The notes below the pieces were generated by a model that worked only from the letters and a program-made list of their open reading frames with translations, was not told the DNA's origin and searched no databases. Both the position numbers and the translations under genes were made by a program. A stretch of DNA of 64,000 bases from the NCBI GenBank assembly GCA_965116795.1, contig OZ220716.1:970503-1034502 (forward strand), read 5' to 3'. Shown here in pieces: positions 14,958-24,847 of the stretch; within the stretch, counting starts at the first letter, position 1; each line of letters opens with the position of its first letter. The DNA is from Gammaproteobacteria bacterium. GTDB lineage: Bacteria; Pseudomonadota; Gammaproteobacteria; JAJFKG01.

Positions 14958-17900
14958 GTGTTTGATAATGGCACCAAGATAATGTCTAAAATCATCAATA
15001 TAACAATTAATCCCTCTAAATTTAAAATTCTTAGTGAGCTAGAAAAATCATTGTTTACGGATTTGCTAAAAGAGCAGTCATTGTTGGAAAAAGATTCAGA
15101 TAAAAATATTTATAGCGACAGGGTTTATTTTATATCAAAGGAAGATATTACGTATCAGATACGACTAAGCACATCTCTTTTTCATTATGCAAGCCCTAGC
15201 AAGTCAACAAATATTGATCGCTGGTTATGTATACATGATTTCGAAGAACAATTTAATCAGCAGTATTCTTATTTTGCATTAAGAGCAAATGGGTCACTTG
15301 AATATAAATTAAATACTAGTCTGCGTGGTAATAAAAATGTTTCTGTAACGAGACAAAAGGGACGTTTTAGTGGCTATTATAGTACACAATATTTAGAAAG
15401 AGACGCTAGATTTTTAACAAGAGTAAGACCTCAAGCTAAAATAGCAAAACCTTATTTAACAGCATCAATTGCAGTTCAGCCAGGGTTTGGTTTAAATTTG
15501 CAAGAATACTTAAGTATAGATTCTGTGCTTAAGCATGATGATAAAAAATCATCTTCTTTTGATAGAGATGCTCTAACGGTACTAGGATTAATTTGGCGAG
15601 CAGCGGCAGAACTTAATTGGTTGTTTGAAGAACATAAAATTCTGCACAATGATATTAAACTCGAAAATATGGGATATGATTATGTAAATGACAGATTTGG
15701 TTTTTTTGATTTTGACTTATCTACAACGATTTTAGATGGTCGGGAAGTTCGCGCGGGCAGTAGAAGTACAAGGGCGCCAGAAGTTATAAATGAGGGAGAA
15801 GGAAACAGTATAAAAAGTGATATTTACAGTCTTGCTGCTACCATAGAAATGATAGTTAGATATGACACACTTGAAGATGAACATAAAAAAATAATTATGC
15901 CTGTAATAAAAAAAATGCGTTCTTATAATGCTGCTGATAGACCTAATAATTGTAACGAATTAATGCATATGTGCGAGTTCATTTCTGCTTATGAAATACT
16001 TTTTTTCAATAAAAAAGATTATGATGATTTATCATATGGTACAAAAATGGCTGCAAAAAAATATATTACTAAAGCAGTAGATTCAATTGTAGAGAGAGAT
16101 GCCACCGTTAGAAGTGAAGATAAAGAGCAAGTTTCTTTACTTTTTGTGAATGACATTATGCAAAACGCACGAAAGTATAGAGGTTTGTTTGTCGATAAAC
16201 CTGACTTTCCGACTGATGATCAAGAAAGAAATGAAGCTATTTTAGAGAAAAATATTAAACTTCTTTATAAAGCACGTATAGTGGAAATAAAAAAAGAGCT
16301 GCAGGATATAAAAAAAATGGCAGTTCTGATTTATGCAGATTTATCTAATTTAACAGCTGAAGAAGCTGTTAATCAATTCGATTTTTACTCTGTGATTGGT
16401 CGGGTTAGTCAAGATGGTGAACCATTAACTAATGTTCTTTATAAGTACGATCAATTCATGTTAATTGAGAGAGTTATTGCAGCTATTAAAATAATAGATA
16501 ATGCGTCATTATCGGAAAATGAAAAAATAAAGCTATTACATGATTTGATAGAGAAGATCTCAAATACAACATTTGCAGCATGTCAAAAAAAATTATCAAC
16601 TAATCAGCAACAGCCAATTACATTTAAGTTTGTGAATGAATTGCATCATGTTAATAGAGGAAGTTATGTGCACTTCTTGAGCAAACAAGAAACAGCATTA
16701 TCTGCTGCAGTTTGCAAAATTATTGCTAATCATATTGATAAAAATTCTTGTCACTTTGAAGTTTTAATACAAGAGTTATCTGATAAAGAAACAAAGAATA
16801 GAAATGAAGTAAGTAAGCAGAATGATATTGCTCACATAGATATGATATCTTCTAATCGGAATTACAAACAGATAAATTTGAATGATTTAATAAATCCAAA
16901 TAAATTAGATAATTTTTATAAATGGATGGGAGTTGATGATTTCACTGCTGAGCAAAGAGATGATGTTTTTGCAATATTTAAAAGTAAATTTTACGAGTGG
17001 GTAAACAATATAGATGATTTTTGCGAATTAATTATCACTTCTGGTTTGACTGTTGAACAACAAGGTAGCATTTTTGAGATATTTAAGGATAAGTTTTCCG
17101 ATTGGGTAACCAATGTAAATGATTTTGTCGAATTGTACGCTATTCGTAATTTAACTGATGAACAACGCAGTGATATTTTTAAGTTGTTCAAAGATAAATT
17201 TTCCGACTGGGTAACCAATGTAAATGATTTTGGCCGATTGATTACTGTTCGTGATTTAACTGACAAACAACGCAGTGATATTTTTAAGTTGTTCAAAGAT
17301 AAATTTTCCGACTGGGTAACCAATGTAAATAATTTTAACAGATTAATTGCTATTTATGATTATTTACCTGATGAACAACGCAGTGATATTTTTGAGTTAT
17401 TCAAGGATAAATTTTCCGACTGGGTAACTAATGTAAATGATTTTGACCGATTGATTGCCATTCATTATTTAACTGATGAACAACGCAGTGATATTTTTAA
17501 GTTGTTCAAAGATAAATTTTCCGACTGGGTAACTAATGTAAAGGATTTTGGCCGATTGATTACTGTTCGTGATTTAACTGACAAACAACGCAGTGATATT
17601 TTTAAGTTGTTCAAAGATAAATTTTCCGACTGGGTAACCAATGTAAATAATTTTAACAGATTAATTACTATTTATGATTTACCTGATGAACAACGCAGTG
17701 ATATTTTTAAGTTGTTCAAAGATAAATTTTCCGACTGGGTAACCAATGTAAATGATTTTGGCCGATTGATTACTGTTCGTGATTTAACTGACAAACAACG
17801 CAGTGATATTTTTAAGTTGTTCAAAGATAAATTTTCCGACTGGGTAACCGATATAAATGATTTTGGCCGATTGATTGCTATTCGTGATTTAACTGACGAA

Positions 17901-19082
17901 CAACGCAGTGATATTTTTGAGTTATTCAAGGATAAATTTTCTGAATGGGTAACCAATGTAAATAATTTTGACAGATTGATTGCTATTCATTATTTAACTG
18001 ATGAACAACGCAGTAATATTTTTGACGTGCTTAAAGATAAACTTACCAACTTGACAAGCACAGCAAATGGTTTTGATGAATTGCTTACTATGCCTTATTT
18101 AACGAGCAAACAACGAAGTTACATTTTTGAATTTCTTAAAAATAAATTTTCTGAAATTGCAACCGAATACAGTATTTTTTATAACTTGATCAAGTTAGAT
18201 TTAACAAAAGAGCAACGCAATAACCTTATTGGAAATATAAAAGAAAAGATTCCAAATTTAATAGATACTTTTCAAAAAGCTAAAAGATTTATGTCTTTAT
18301 TGTCTCAGCTTGTGGAAGAAGAAGAATTAGATGAGCAACAAGCAAATGAAGTTTTTACGGAACTTAAAAATAAGCTTCCAAATTTAGTTGATGATCCTAA
18401 AAAATTTCGTGAGCTAATGAAAGCTTCATTTTTAGATGAGCAACAAAAAAGTGAGATTTTTGCAATACTCAAAGACGAACTTCCAAGTTTTACCAATCAC
18501 TTAAATGATTTCTATGATATTATATTTAATTCGGGATTAGCTGAGCACCAGCAAGAAGAGTGCATTGCTGTTTTTAAAGAATCATTGCCAAGTTATGTTA
18601 GCAATAAAGATGACTTTATCAGTATAATGGAAAGGTTTAATAATCATCCTTGTAAGTCAAAAATTTTTGACGTTTTAAAAAATCAATTGTCAAATTATAC
18701 AGAAGCCTCGTCAGACCTTGCTGCATTAATGAGTGCAGATTGCTTGTCTGAATATAAATCGGAAATTGTTATAGCAAAGTTATCTAGTACGGTGTATGGC
18801 TTTGTTAATACGTTGTCTTCAGTCCCTGGATTGGCGGCGCAAGCATTGGGCGACTTTATTCATGTAATAGCTGATTGTGTAAGTCAGCCTGCTCATTTTG
18901 TGGGAAGTTTTTTTTCTCGTACTTCTAGTAGACGTGCCGAAACATCTTCACCTGTTGTGAACAGCAAGCAAGCAGAGCAACAGGCAAGATTGTTGCCAGA
19001 TGATGAAGGTACAAATTCTGATACATCAGATTCAGATAATGATAAGCCATCAAGACCAAATCATTCACCGACGTCAGACTGA
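14958..19082 (+). CDS. Eukaryotic-like protein kinase fused to a 35-aa helical tandem-repeat array; putative secreted effector
   Basis: HNDIKLEN catalytic loop, DFD, TRAPE, SDIYSLA and DRP motifs; about 17-18 repeats; acidic low-complexity tail; AT-rich. Start could be ATG 14982. Confidence 0.85.
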   Translation: MFDNGTKIMSKIINITINPSKFKILSELEKSLFTDLLKEQSLLEKDSDKNIYSDRVYFISKEDITYQIRLSTSLFHYASPSKSTNIDRWLCIHDFEEQFNQQYSYFALRANGSLEYKLNTSLRGNKNVSVTRQKGRFSGYYSTQYLERDARFLTRVRPQAKIAKPYLTASIAVQPGFGLNLQEYLSIDSVLKHDDKKSSSFDRDALTVLGLIWRAAAELNWLFEEHKILHNDIKLENMGYDYVNDRFGFFDFDLSTTILDGREVRAGSRSTRAPEVINEGEGNSIKSDIYSLAATIEMIVRYDTLEDEHKKIIMPVIKKMRSYNAADRPNNCNELMHMCEFISAYEILFFNKKDYDDLSYGTKMAAKKYITKAVDSIVERDATVRSEDKEQVSLLFVNDIMQNARKYRGLFVDKPDFPTDDQERNEAILEKNIKLLYKARIVEIKKELQDIKKMAVLIYADLSNLTAEEAVNQFDFYSVIGRVSQDGEPLTNVLYKYDQFMLIERVIAAIKIIDNASLSENEKIKLLHDLIEKISNTTFAACQKKLSTNQQQPITFKFVNELHHVNRGSYVHFLSKQETALSAAVCKIIANHIDKNSCHFEVLIQELSDKETKNRNEVSKQNDIAHIDMISSNRNYKQINLNDLINPNKLDNFYKWMGVDDFTAEQRDDVFAIFKSKFYEWVNNIDDFCELIITSGLTVEQQGSIFEIFKDKFSDWVTNVNDFVELYAIRNLTDEQRSDIFKLFKDKFSDWVTNVNDFGRLITVRDLTDKQRSDIFKLFKDKFSDWVTNVNNFNRLIAIYDYLPDEQRSDIFELFKDKFSDWVTNVNDFDRLIAIHYLTDEQRSDIFKLFKDKFSDWVTNVKDFGRLITVRDLTDKQRSDIFKLFKDKFSDWVTNVNNFNRLITIYDLPDEQRSDIFKLFKDKFSDWVTNVNDFGRLITVRDLTDKQRSDIFKLFKDKFSDWVTDINDFGRLIAIRDLTDEQRSDIFELFKDKFSEWVTNVNNFDRLIAIHYLTDEQRSNIFDVLKDKLTNLTSTANGFDELLTMPYLTSKQRSYIFEFLKNKFSEIATEYSIFYNLIKLDLTKEQRNNLIGNIKEKIPNLIDTFQKAKRFMSLLSQLVEEEELDEQQANEVFTELKNKLPNLVDDPKKFRELMKASFLDEQQKSEIFAILKDELPSFTNHLNDFYDIIFNSGLAEHQQEECIAVFKESLPSYVSNKDDFISIMERFNNHPCKSKIFDVLKNQLSNYTEASSDLAALMSADCLSEYKSEIVIAKLSSTVYGFVNTLSSVPGLAAQALGDFIHVIADCVSQPAHFVGSFFSRTSSRRAETSSPVVNSKQAEQQARLLPDDEGTNSDTSDSDNDKPSRPNHSPTSD
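16941..18770 (+). repeat. Intragenic 105-bp (35-aa) tandem repeat: 8 near-identical core units at 17151-17993 plus degenerate flanking units
   Basis: CAACGCAGT recurs at 17163, 17268, 17376, 17481, 17586, 17691, 17796, 17901, 18006; consensus LTDEQRSDIFKLFKDKFSDWVTNVNDFGRLITVRD. Confidence 0.97.
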
Positions 19083-19107
19083 TGAAGGTGAAATAGAAAG
19101 TTAGTAC

Positions 19108-19492
19108 CCTGGGAAGAAGCTCAATCGTATTATGATGGTTGAGTCAGTGCGTGAAATGTCAGATAAAACCACGACAGATAGACGGTTTTATATTACCTCA
19201 TCAGCTGTTTCAATCCAGACATTATTAACCGCTTCGCATAAGCATTGGGGAGTTGAGAATGCATTGCATTGCATTGGATATTGGATGTGACTTTTAGAGA
19301 GGATGAATCGCGGATCAGAAAAGGAGCTTCACCAGAAAACTATGCCATTTTTCGTCACATTGCATTGAACATTCTCAGAAAAGATACTTCCATTGACGCT
19401 AGTATTAAACGAAAATGCCATATGGCCGCTCTTGATGATAACGTTAGAACAAGGCTGATCAAAAATGGGTTGATTTAGATGCGGTTACCCTG
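19108..19492 (+). mobile_element. ISAs1-family transposase remnant (3' part and right end)
   Basis: RRFYITS...HWGVENALH / WILDVTFREDESRIR motifs split by an extra GCATT unit; ends GATGCGGTTACCCTG like an ISAs1 right IR. Confidence 0.88.
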
Positions 19493-19687
19493 GCTGATAA
19501 GCAGTAATAAATGATCGAACCCTTTTTTTGCTGCAGAATTTACTGGTGCAATTCTAATGTAATTCTAAATCTATATAAACCCACTCAAATTACTAGCAGA
19601 TAATTTGAGTGGGGTAGAAAATATACAAGGGGTTATCAGATTGATGAGATATCGGAGTATTTCTACTAGTGATATAACGTTGATATT

Positions 19688-20014
19688 TCACTGCCCCAAA
19701 GACAAAACTTGTTTTAATGATTCATCAAGTATGCTCATATCATCTATGGATAGGCAGCCAGCGTGGTTTTTTAAGCGAGTTTTATCGATAGCACGAATTT
19801 GATCGCAAATAGCAATTGCTTGTTGATTGAGACAAGTGACGTTGACGGTGAGTGGTGGTTTTGATTTGGCTACGGTAGATAATGGCACGACTACAACGGT
19901 ACGCCGGGCTTGATTAATTGGGGTTGCTCCTACTAATACACATGGTCTCAGTTTCATAATTTCAGCACCAATGGTTGGATTCAGGTCAACCCAATAAATG
20001 TCACCACGATTCAT
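19688..20014 (-). CDS. PemK/MazF-family toxin endoribonuclease
   Basis: MNRGDIYWVDLNPTIGAEIMKLRPCVLV, VVPLST, DQIRAIDKTRL. Confidence 0.95.
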   Translation of the reverse strand: MNRGDIYWVDLNPTIGAEIMKLRPCVLVGATPINQARRTVVVVPLSTVAKSKPPLTVNVTCLNQQAIAICDQIRAIDKTRLKNHAGCLSIDDMSILDESLKQVLSLGQ

Positions 20015-20237
20015 CTTTTTTTAAGCCATCACTGATTGTTGGATCCCAGTCCTGCATTTCGTCATTGAGAGCATCATCGTTTTCAACATCATTGGCACAT
20101 TGATATAACGCGCGTTCGCGCTTAGTTATCTCTTTCTCCAACAGGCGTACAATGACTTTGCTACGTTGGCGTGCTGGGATGGCTGCTTTCATTCTCATGG
20201 CTAACTCATCTGGCATAGAAATAAGGACTTTTTTCAT
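20001..20237 (-). CDS. Cognate antitoxin, ribbon-helix-helix-like
   Basis: 78 aa, MKKVLISMPDEL N-terminus, acidic C-terminus (EMQDWDPTISDGL), overlaps the toxin start. Confidence 0.85.
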   Translation of the reverse strand: MKKVLISMPDELAMRMKAAIPARQRSKVIVRLLEKEITKRERALYQCANDVENDDALNDEMQDWDPTISDGLKKDESW

Positions 20238-20260
20238 AAAAATTACCTGGCTATAAGATA

Positions 20261-20289
20261 AGTATATTATATATCCTATATAATATCAA
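20261..20289 (-). promoter_or_regulatory. TA promoter with operator palindrome
   Basis: Minus-strand TTGATA-17 bp-TATACT; inverted repeat ATATTATATA-tcc-TATATAATAT at 20264-20286 overlaps it. Confidence 0.75.
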
Positions 20290-20599
20290 CACTTAAGTTG
20301 TCTGTGATCGCTCTGTTATTGAATGACTCAGTGTTTACCAATTTCAACCTAATTTGAAATCAGAGATAAGACTTATAAGCGGGTTTTTATTGACGGCGAG
20401 TAAATTTATCGTAGCTAATGCTGTTGCTTAGGGTATATTCATTCGATTCTAGCCTACTCAACATCATGCTGAAGTAGTCAATGTTAAATTAGGTTTAAAA
20501 AATGAGAGAAAATGAATACCTCATCAAGCCTGCCAATTAAGGCTACTCTCGCCTCAGCAAATCTCTTTGAAATTACGCCAATTTAATCGGTTTTATTCC

Positions 20600-20635
20600 T
20601 TGACTTTCGATTTCCTTTTCATCAAAATGTCGTGC
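20600..20635 (+). promoter_or_regulatory. tRNA-tuf operon promoter
   Basis: TTGACT-17 bp-CAAAAT followed by GC-rich GTCGTGC just before tRNA-Tyr. Confidence 0.65.
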
Positions 20636-20643
20636 TTTATTTT

Positions 20644-20728
20644 GGAGGGGTTCCCGAGCGGTCAAAGGGATCAGACTGTAAATCTGACGGCTCAGCCTTC
20701 GCAGGTTCGAATCCTGCCCCCTCCACCA
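20644..20728 (+). tRNA. tRNA-Tyr(GTA)
   Basis: Cloverleaf with long variable arm, anticodon loop CTGTAAA, encoded CCA. Confidence 0.97.
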
Positions 20729-20761
20729 CGGGTGTTGGGGGTGGCGAACTCGAACGGTTGT

Positions 20762-20835
<74 letters not shown>

Positions 20836-20861
20836 GTGAGCCACTGGGCTTACGTGAGTGT

Positions 20862-20937
<76 letters not shown>

Positions 20938-21072
20938 TTTGCTGCAACCCACGATGGGCAGTGTGAGATTTTTTTATTGTTAAGGTATCGATGGCAATAG
21001 ACTCAACGTGTTTATATAAGTAACAGATACGTTTGCGTCACATTAAGTTAAGTTTCGAAAGAGGAGAGTGTC

Positions 21073-22263
21073 ATGCCAGAAGCATTTAAGCGAGACAAGC
21101 CGCATGTAAATGTAGGAACGATCGGTCACGTTGATCACGGTAAGACGACGTTAACGGCGGCGATCACGAAGGTGATGTCGGAGCAGTCTGGAGAAGGTGA
21201 AGCGAAGGCATTTGACCAAATTGATAATGCGCCGGAAGAAAAGGCACGAGGTATCACGATTGCGACGTCGCACGTTGAATACAATTCAGAGGCGCGTCAC
21301 TATGCCCACGTAGACTGCCCAGGACACGCGGATTATGTGAAGAACATGATTACCGGTGCAGCGCAGATGGATGGCGCGATATTGGTGGTATCAGCGGCGG
21401 ATGGTCCGATGCCGCAGACCCGGGAACATATTTTATTAGCGCGCCAGGTGGGTGTGCCGTACATTGTGGTGTTCATGAATAAAGTGGACATGGTAGATGA
21501 TGAAGAATTATTAGAATTGGTTGAAATGGAAATTCGCGACTTGTTATCGAGTTATGAGTTTCCAGGAGATGATACGCCGATTGTTAAAGGCTCAGCGCTG
21601 AAGGCATTGGAAGGTGATACGAGTGCGATTGGTAAAGAAGCGATTATTCAGTTAGTGAAGACGATGGATGAGTATATCCAAGAGCCGGAGCGTCCGGTAG
21701 ACCAGCCATTTTTGTTACCGATAGAAGATGTGTTTTCGATAGCCGGACGCGGGACGGTGGTGACGGGCCGTGTAGAGCGCGGGATAGTCAAGGTTGGTGA
21801 AGAAGTTGAGATAGTTGGGATACGAGATACGCAGAAGACGACGTGTACGGGTGTTGAGATGTTCCGTAAGTTATTAGATGAAGGGCGTGCTGGCGATAAC
21901 GTAGGTGTGTTATTGCGCGGATTGAAGCGCGAAGAAGTAGAGCGCGGTCAAGTGTTAGCGAAGCCGGGTTCGATTACGCCGCATACGAAGTTTGAAGCGG
22001 AAGTATATGTGTTATCGAAGGAAGAGGGAGGGCGTCATACGCCGTTTTTCAAGGGGTATCGCCCGCAGTTTTATTTCCGTACGACGGATGTGACCGGGGA
22101 AGTGATATTACCCGAGGGCGTTGAGATGGTGATGCCAGGGGATAACATCAAGATGAATGTAACATTGATCGCGCCGATTGCGATGGAAGATGGGGTACGG
22201 TTTGCTATCCGCGAGGGTGGTCGTACGGTGGGGGCCGGTGTCGTCTCCAAAATTGTTGAATAA
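21073..22263 (+). CDS. tuf: Elongation factor Tu, tRNA-linked copy
   Basis: [18 protein letters not shown] motifs. Confidence 0.99.
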   Translation: MPEAFKRDKPHVNVGTIGHVDHGKTTLTAAITKVMSEQSGEGEAKAFDQIDNAPEEKARGITIATSHVEYNSEARHYAHVDCPGHADYVKNMITGAAQMDGAILVVSAADGPMPQTREHILLARQVGVPYIVVFMNKVDMVDDEELLELVEMEIRDLLSSYEFPGDDTPIVKGSALKALEGDTSAIGKEAIIQLVKTMDEYIQEPERPVDQPFLLPIEDVFSIAGRGTVVTGRVERGIVKVGEEVEIVGIRDTQKTTCTGVEMFRKLLDEGRAGDNVGVLLRGLKREEVERGQVLAKPGSITPHTKFEAEVYVLSKEEGGRHTPFFKGYRPQFYFRTTDVTGEVILPEGVEMVMPGDNIKMNVTLIAPIAMEDGVRFAIREGGRTVGAGVVSKIVE

Positions 22264-22340
22264 GTCGCATAACATTAGGTAATTGTTGCCCATCTTGTGG
22301 GGTATTCATGAGATGGGCGTTTGTGTTTATATAGGTTAAT

Positions 22341-22416
22341 AGGCCAGTAGCTCAATTGGCAGAGCGGCGGTCTCCAAAACCGCAGGTTGGGGGTTCGATT
22401 CCCTCCTGGCCTGCCA
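22341..22416 (+). tRNA. tRNA-Trp(CCA)
   Basis: AGGCCAG/CTGGCCT stem, anticodon loop CTCCAAA, between tuf and secE. Confidence 0.97.
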
Positions 22417-22432
22417 CGAAGTGTGGATTAAG

Positions 22433-22798
22433 ATGACAGATAGTCAACGAACAACATCTCATGCTGATAAATTAAAATGGCTAGGTGTATTTACCTTAAT
22501 CACGATCGGTGTGTTGGCTAATCAATATTACAGTACGTATGCGTTTTCATTACGTTTAATTGGCTGGATAGTGTTAGCAGCGGTAGCAATAGGACTGGTT
22601 GCTACTACGGCAAAAGGTGAAAAAGCGCGTGCTTTTTCACGAGAAGCGCGCATTGAAATGCGCAAAGTGGTGTGGCCAACGCGTCAAGAGACTATTCAAA
22701 CAACAATGATTGTTATGGTGATGGTGTTTATCGTTGCCTTATTTTTATGGGGTTTAGACTCATTATTACTCATAATAGCACGTTGGTTAATGGGCTAG
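22433..22798 (+). CDS. secE: Preprotein translocase subunit SecE
   Basis: EMRKVVWPTRQET motif, three TM helices; ATG 22433 preferred. Confidence 0.96.
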   Translation: MTDSQRTTSHADKLKWLGVFTLITIGVLANQYYSTYAFSLRLIGWIVLAAVAIGLVATTAKGEKARAFSREARIEMRKVVWPTRQETIQTTMIVMVMVFIVALFLWGLDSLLLIIARWLMG

Positions 22799-22813
22799 TA
22801 CATAGGGGTTTTC

Positions 22814-23365
22814 ATGTCAGAGATTGAAGTGACAAAGCGCTGGTATGTCGTGCATGCCTACTCGAGTAATGAATCCAAAGTCAAGGAACAAATCTTAGAA
22901 ACGGTTGAACGTAACCGTGTTCGCGATAAGTTTGGCAAAATTTTAGTGCCAACCGAAGAAGTTGTGGAAATGCGTTCTGGGCAAAAGCGTAAAAGCCAAC
23001 GCAAGTTTTTCCCAGGTTATGTATTAGTGGAAATGGTGTTGGATGATGAGACTTGGTATCTCATTAAGAACCTCCCGGGCGTGCTGGGTTTTATTGGGGG
23101 TGCGCCTGGTAGTAAACCAGTACCACTTAGCTCGAAAGAAATGAGTAATATCTTAGAACAGTTAGAAGCAACCGTTGATAAGCCGCGGCCTAAAGTGTTG
23201 TTTGAAGCTGGTGAAGTGGTACGTGTGGCTGATGGTCCATTTGCTGACTTTAGTGGTGTTGTTGAAGAAGTGAATTATGAAAAAAGTCGTTTACGGGTAG
23301 CAGTATTGATTTTTGGGCGTTCTACTCCGGTAGAACTTGAATTTAGTCAAGTGGAGAAAACATAA
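22814..23365 (+). CDS. nusG: Transcription antitermination factor NusG
   Basis: [19 protein letters not shown] domain, [10 protein letters not shown]. Confidence 0.98.
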   Translation: MSEIEVTKRWYVVHAYSSNESKVKEQILETVERNRVRDKFGKILVPTEEVVEMRSGQKRKSQRKFFPGYVLVEMVLDDETWYLIKNLPGVLGFIGGAPGSKPVPLSSKEMSNILEQLEATVDKPRPKVLFEAGEVVRVADGPFADFSGVVEEVNYEKSRLRVAVLIFGRSTPVELEFSQVEKT

Positions 23366-23469
23366 CATTGCATTAATTGCTATGGCCCGTAGTGATTAAT
23401 AACAATGTTCCACAAGGGGAGCTTATTCCTAGAGAGTAGGTGCTAGTACCCAAAGAGGAGAAAACAAAT

Positions 23470-23904
23470 ATGGCAAAGCAAATCACTGGCCTAATTAAAT
23501 TACAAGTGCCAGCTACGCAAGCAAATCCAAGTCCACCGGTTGGTCCTGCATTGGGTCAACATGGTGTAAATATTATGGACTTTTGTAAAGCGTTTAATGC
23601 ACAAACGCAATCATTTCAGCCGGGATCACCGGTACCTGTTGAAATTACCGTATTTAACGATCGCAGTTTTACCTTTATCGTTAAAACACCACCGGCATCG
23701 TACATGATTAAGCAAGAATTGAAATTAAAGTCGGGTAGTGGCACACCTAATACAGTGAAAGTCGGTAAATTAAACCGTGCACAATTAGAGAAAATTGCCA
23801 ATGCAAAAGAACCTGATATAACCGCGGCAGACTTAAATGCAGCCGTGCGCACTATTGCTGGTACAGCACGCAGCATGGGTGTTGATACTGAGGGGGTTGA
23901 GTAA
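23470..23904 (+). CDS. rplK: 50S ribosomal protein L11
   Basis: [13 protein letters not shown]; ATG 23470 after GAGGAG; L1-binding leader-like GGGGAGC...ACCC at about 23416-23451. Confidence 0.98.
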   Translation: MAKQITGLIKLQVPATQANPSPPVGPALGQHGVNIMDFCKAFNAQTQSFQPGSPVPVEITVFNDRSFTFIVKTPPASYMIKQELKLKSGSGTPNTVKVGKLNRAQLEKIANAKEPDITAADLNAAVRTIAGTARSMGVDTEGVE

Positions 23905-24608
23905 TGGCAGCGACGACATTATCTAAAAAAAGACGAGTAGCGCGTGAAAAAATTCCTGAAGGCAGTGTGTACAGTTTAACTGATGCATTGACACTAATCG
24001 TTAACGAATTGCCGAAAGCAAAGTTTACTGAAACAGTTGAAATCAGTGTTAATTTAGGTGTGGATTCACGTAAATCTGATCAAGTCGTGCGTGGTGCAAT
24101 TGTGTTACCACACGGTACTGGTAAATCAGCGCGTGTTGCCGTGTTTACTCAAGGGGCTAATGTTGATGCTGCCAAAGCAGCGGGTGCTGATATTGTCGGC
24201 ATGGATGAATTAGCTGCAAAAGTAAAAGCCGGTGAAATGGATTTTGATGTAGTGATTGCTAGCCCAGATGCGATGCGTGTAGTTGGGCAGTTAGGGCAAA
24301 TTTTAGGGCCACGTGGATTAATGCCAAACCCAAAAGTGGGTACGGTTACGCCAGATGTAGCCAATGCGGTTAAAAATGCTAAAGCCGGACAGGTGCGTTA
24401 CCGTACCGATAAAAACGGCATTATTCATTGCAGTGTGGGCAAAGTAAACTTTAGCCCGACGCAATTAGCAGACAATGTAAATGCACTGATCGGTGCGTTA
24501 AAGAAAGCAAAACCGAGTAGTGCAAAAGGTATATTTATTAAAAAAGTCACATTATCTAGCACCATGGGTCCGGGCTTGGTAATCGATACTGCATCGATCA
24601 GTGACTAA
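23904..24608 (+). CDS. rplA: 50S ribosomal protein L1
   Basis: [23 protein letters not shown]. Confidence 0.99.
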   Translation: MAATTLSKKRRVAREKIPEGSVYSLTDALTLIVNELPKAKFTETVEISVNLGVDSRKSDQVVRGAIVLPHGTGKSARVAVFTQGANVDAAKAAGADIVGMDELAAKVKAGEMDFDVVIASPDAMRVVGQLGQILGPRGLMPNPKVGTVTPDVANAVKNAKAGQVRYRTDKNGIIHCSVGKVNFSPTQLADNVNALIGALKKAKPSSAKGIFIKKVTLSSTMGPGLVIDTASISD

Positions 24609-24647
24609 AACGACTTTGGTCGGTCATGTGATCTGTGATCATGTGTC

Positions 24648-24795
24648 CGTCGAAGACCGTAGGTGTTTGTGATGTCACAAACTTAATAGAATGGTCTGAA
24701 CTGCTCCTCAACTTGAGAAGTACTTCAGTTGTCGGCCTACGCAGACGGTGAACCGAGAGATATCAATTTTTTATGATGATCAGGATCACCAAAGA
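24648..24795 (+). promoter_or_regulatory. L10 (rplJ) leader RNA
   Basis: GAAGACCGTAGG...ACTTAAT...CCTACGCAGACGG motif upstream of rplJ. Confidence 0.85.
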
Positions 24796-24847
24796 TAGAC
24801 CAGGTTAATACGTTTTTGTATTGACCAATGGGAAGGAGGTAACCTCA

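Noticed and set aside
17151-17993. CRISPR array or DGR template/variable repeats
   Set aside because: Units are contiguous, in-frame 105-bp coding repeats with no unique spacers, and no cas or reverse transcriptase gene is in the window
19605-19802. 65-aa ORF antisense to the toxin
   Set aside because: No RBS or recognisable motif, and it overlaps the mazF 3' end
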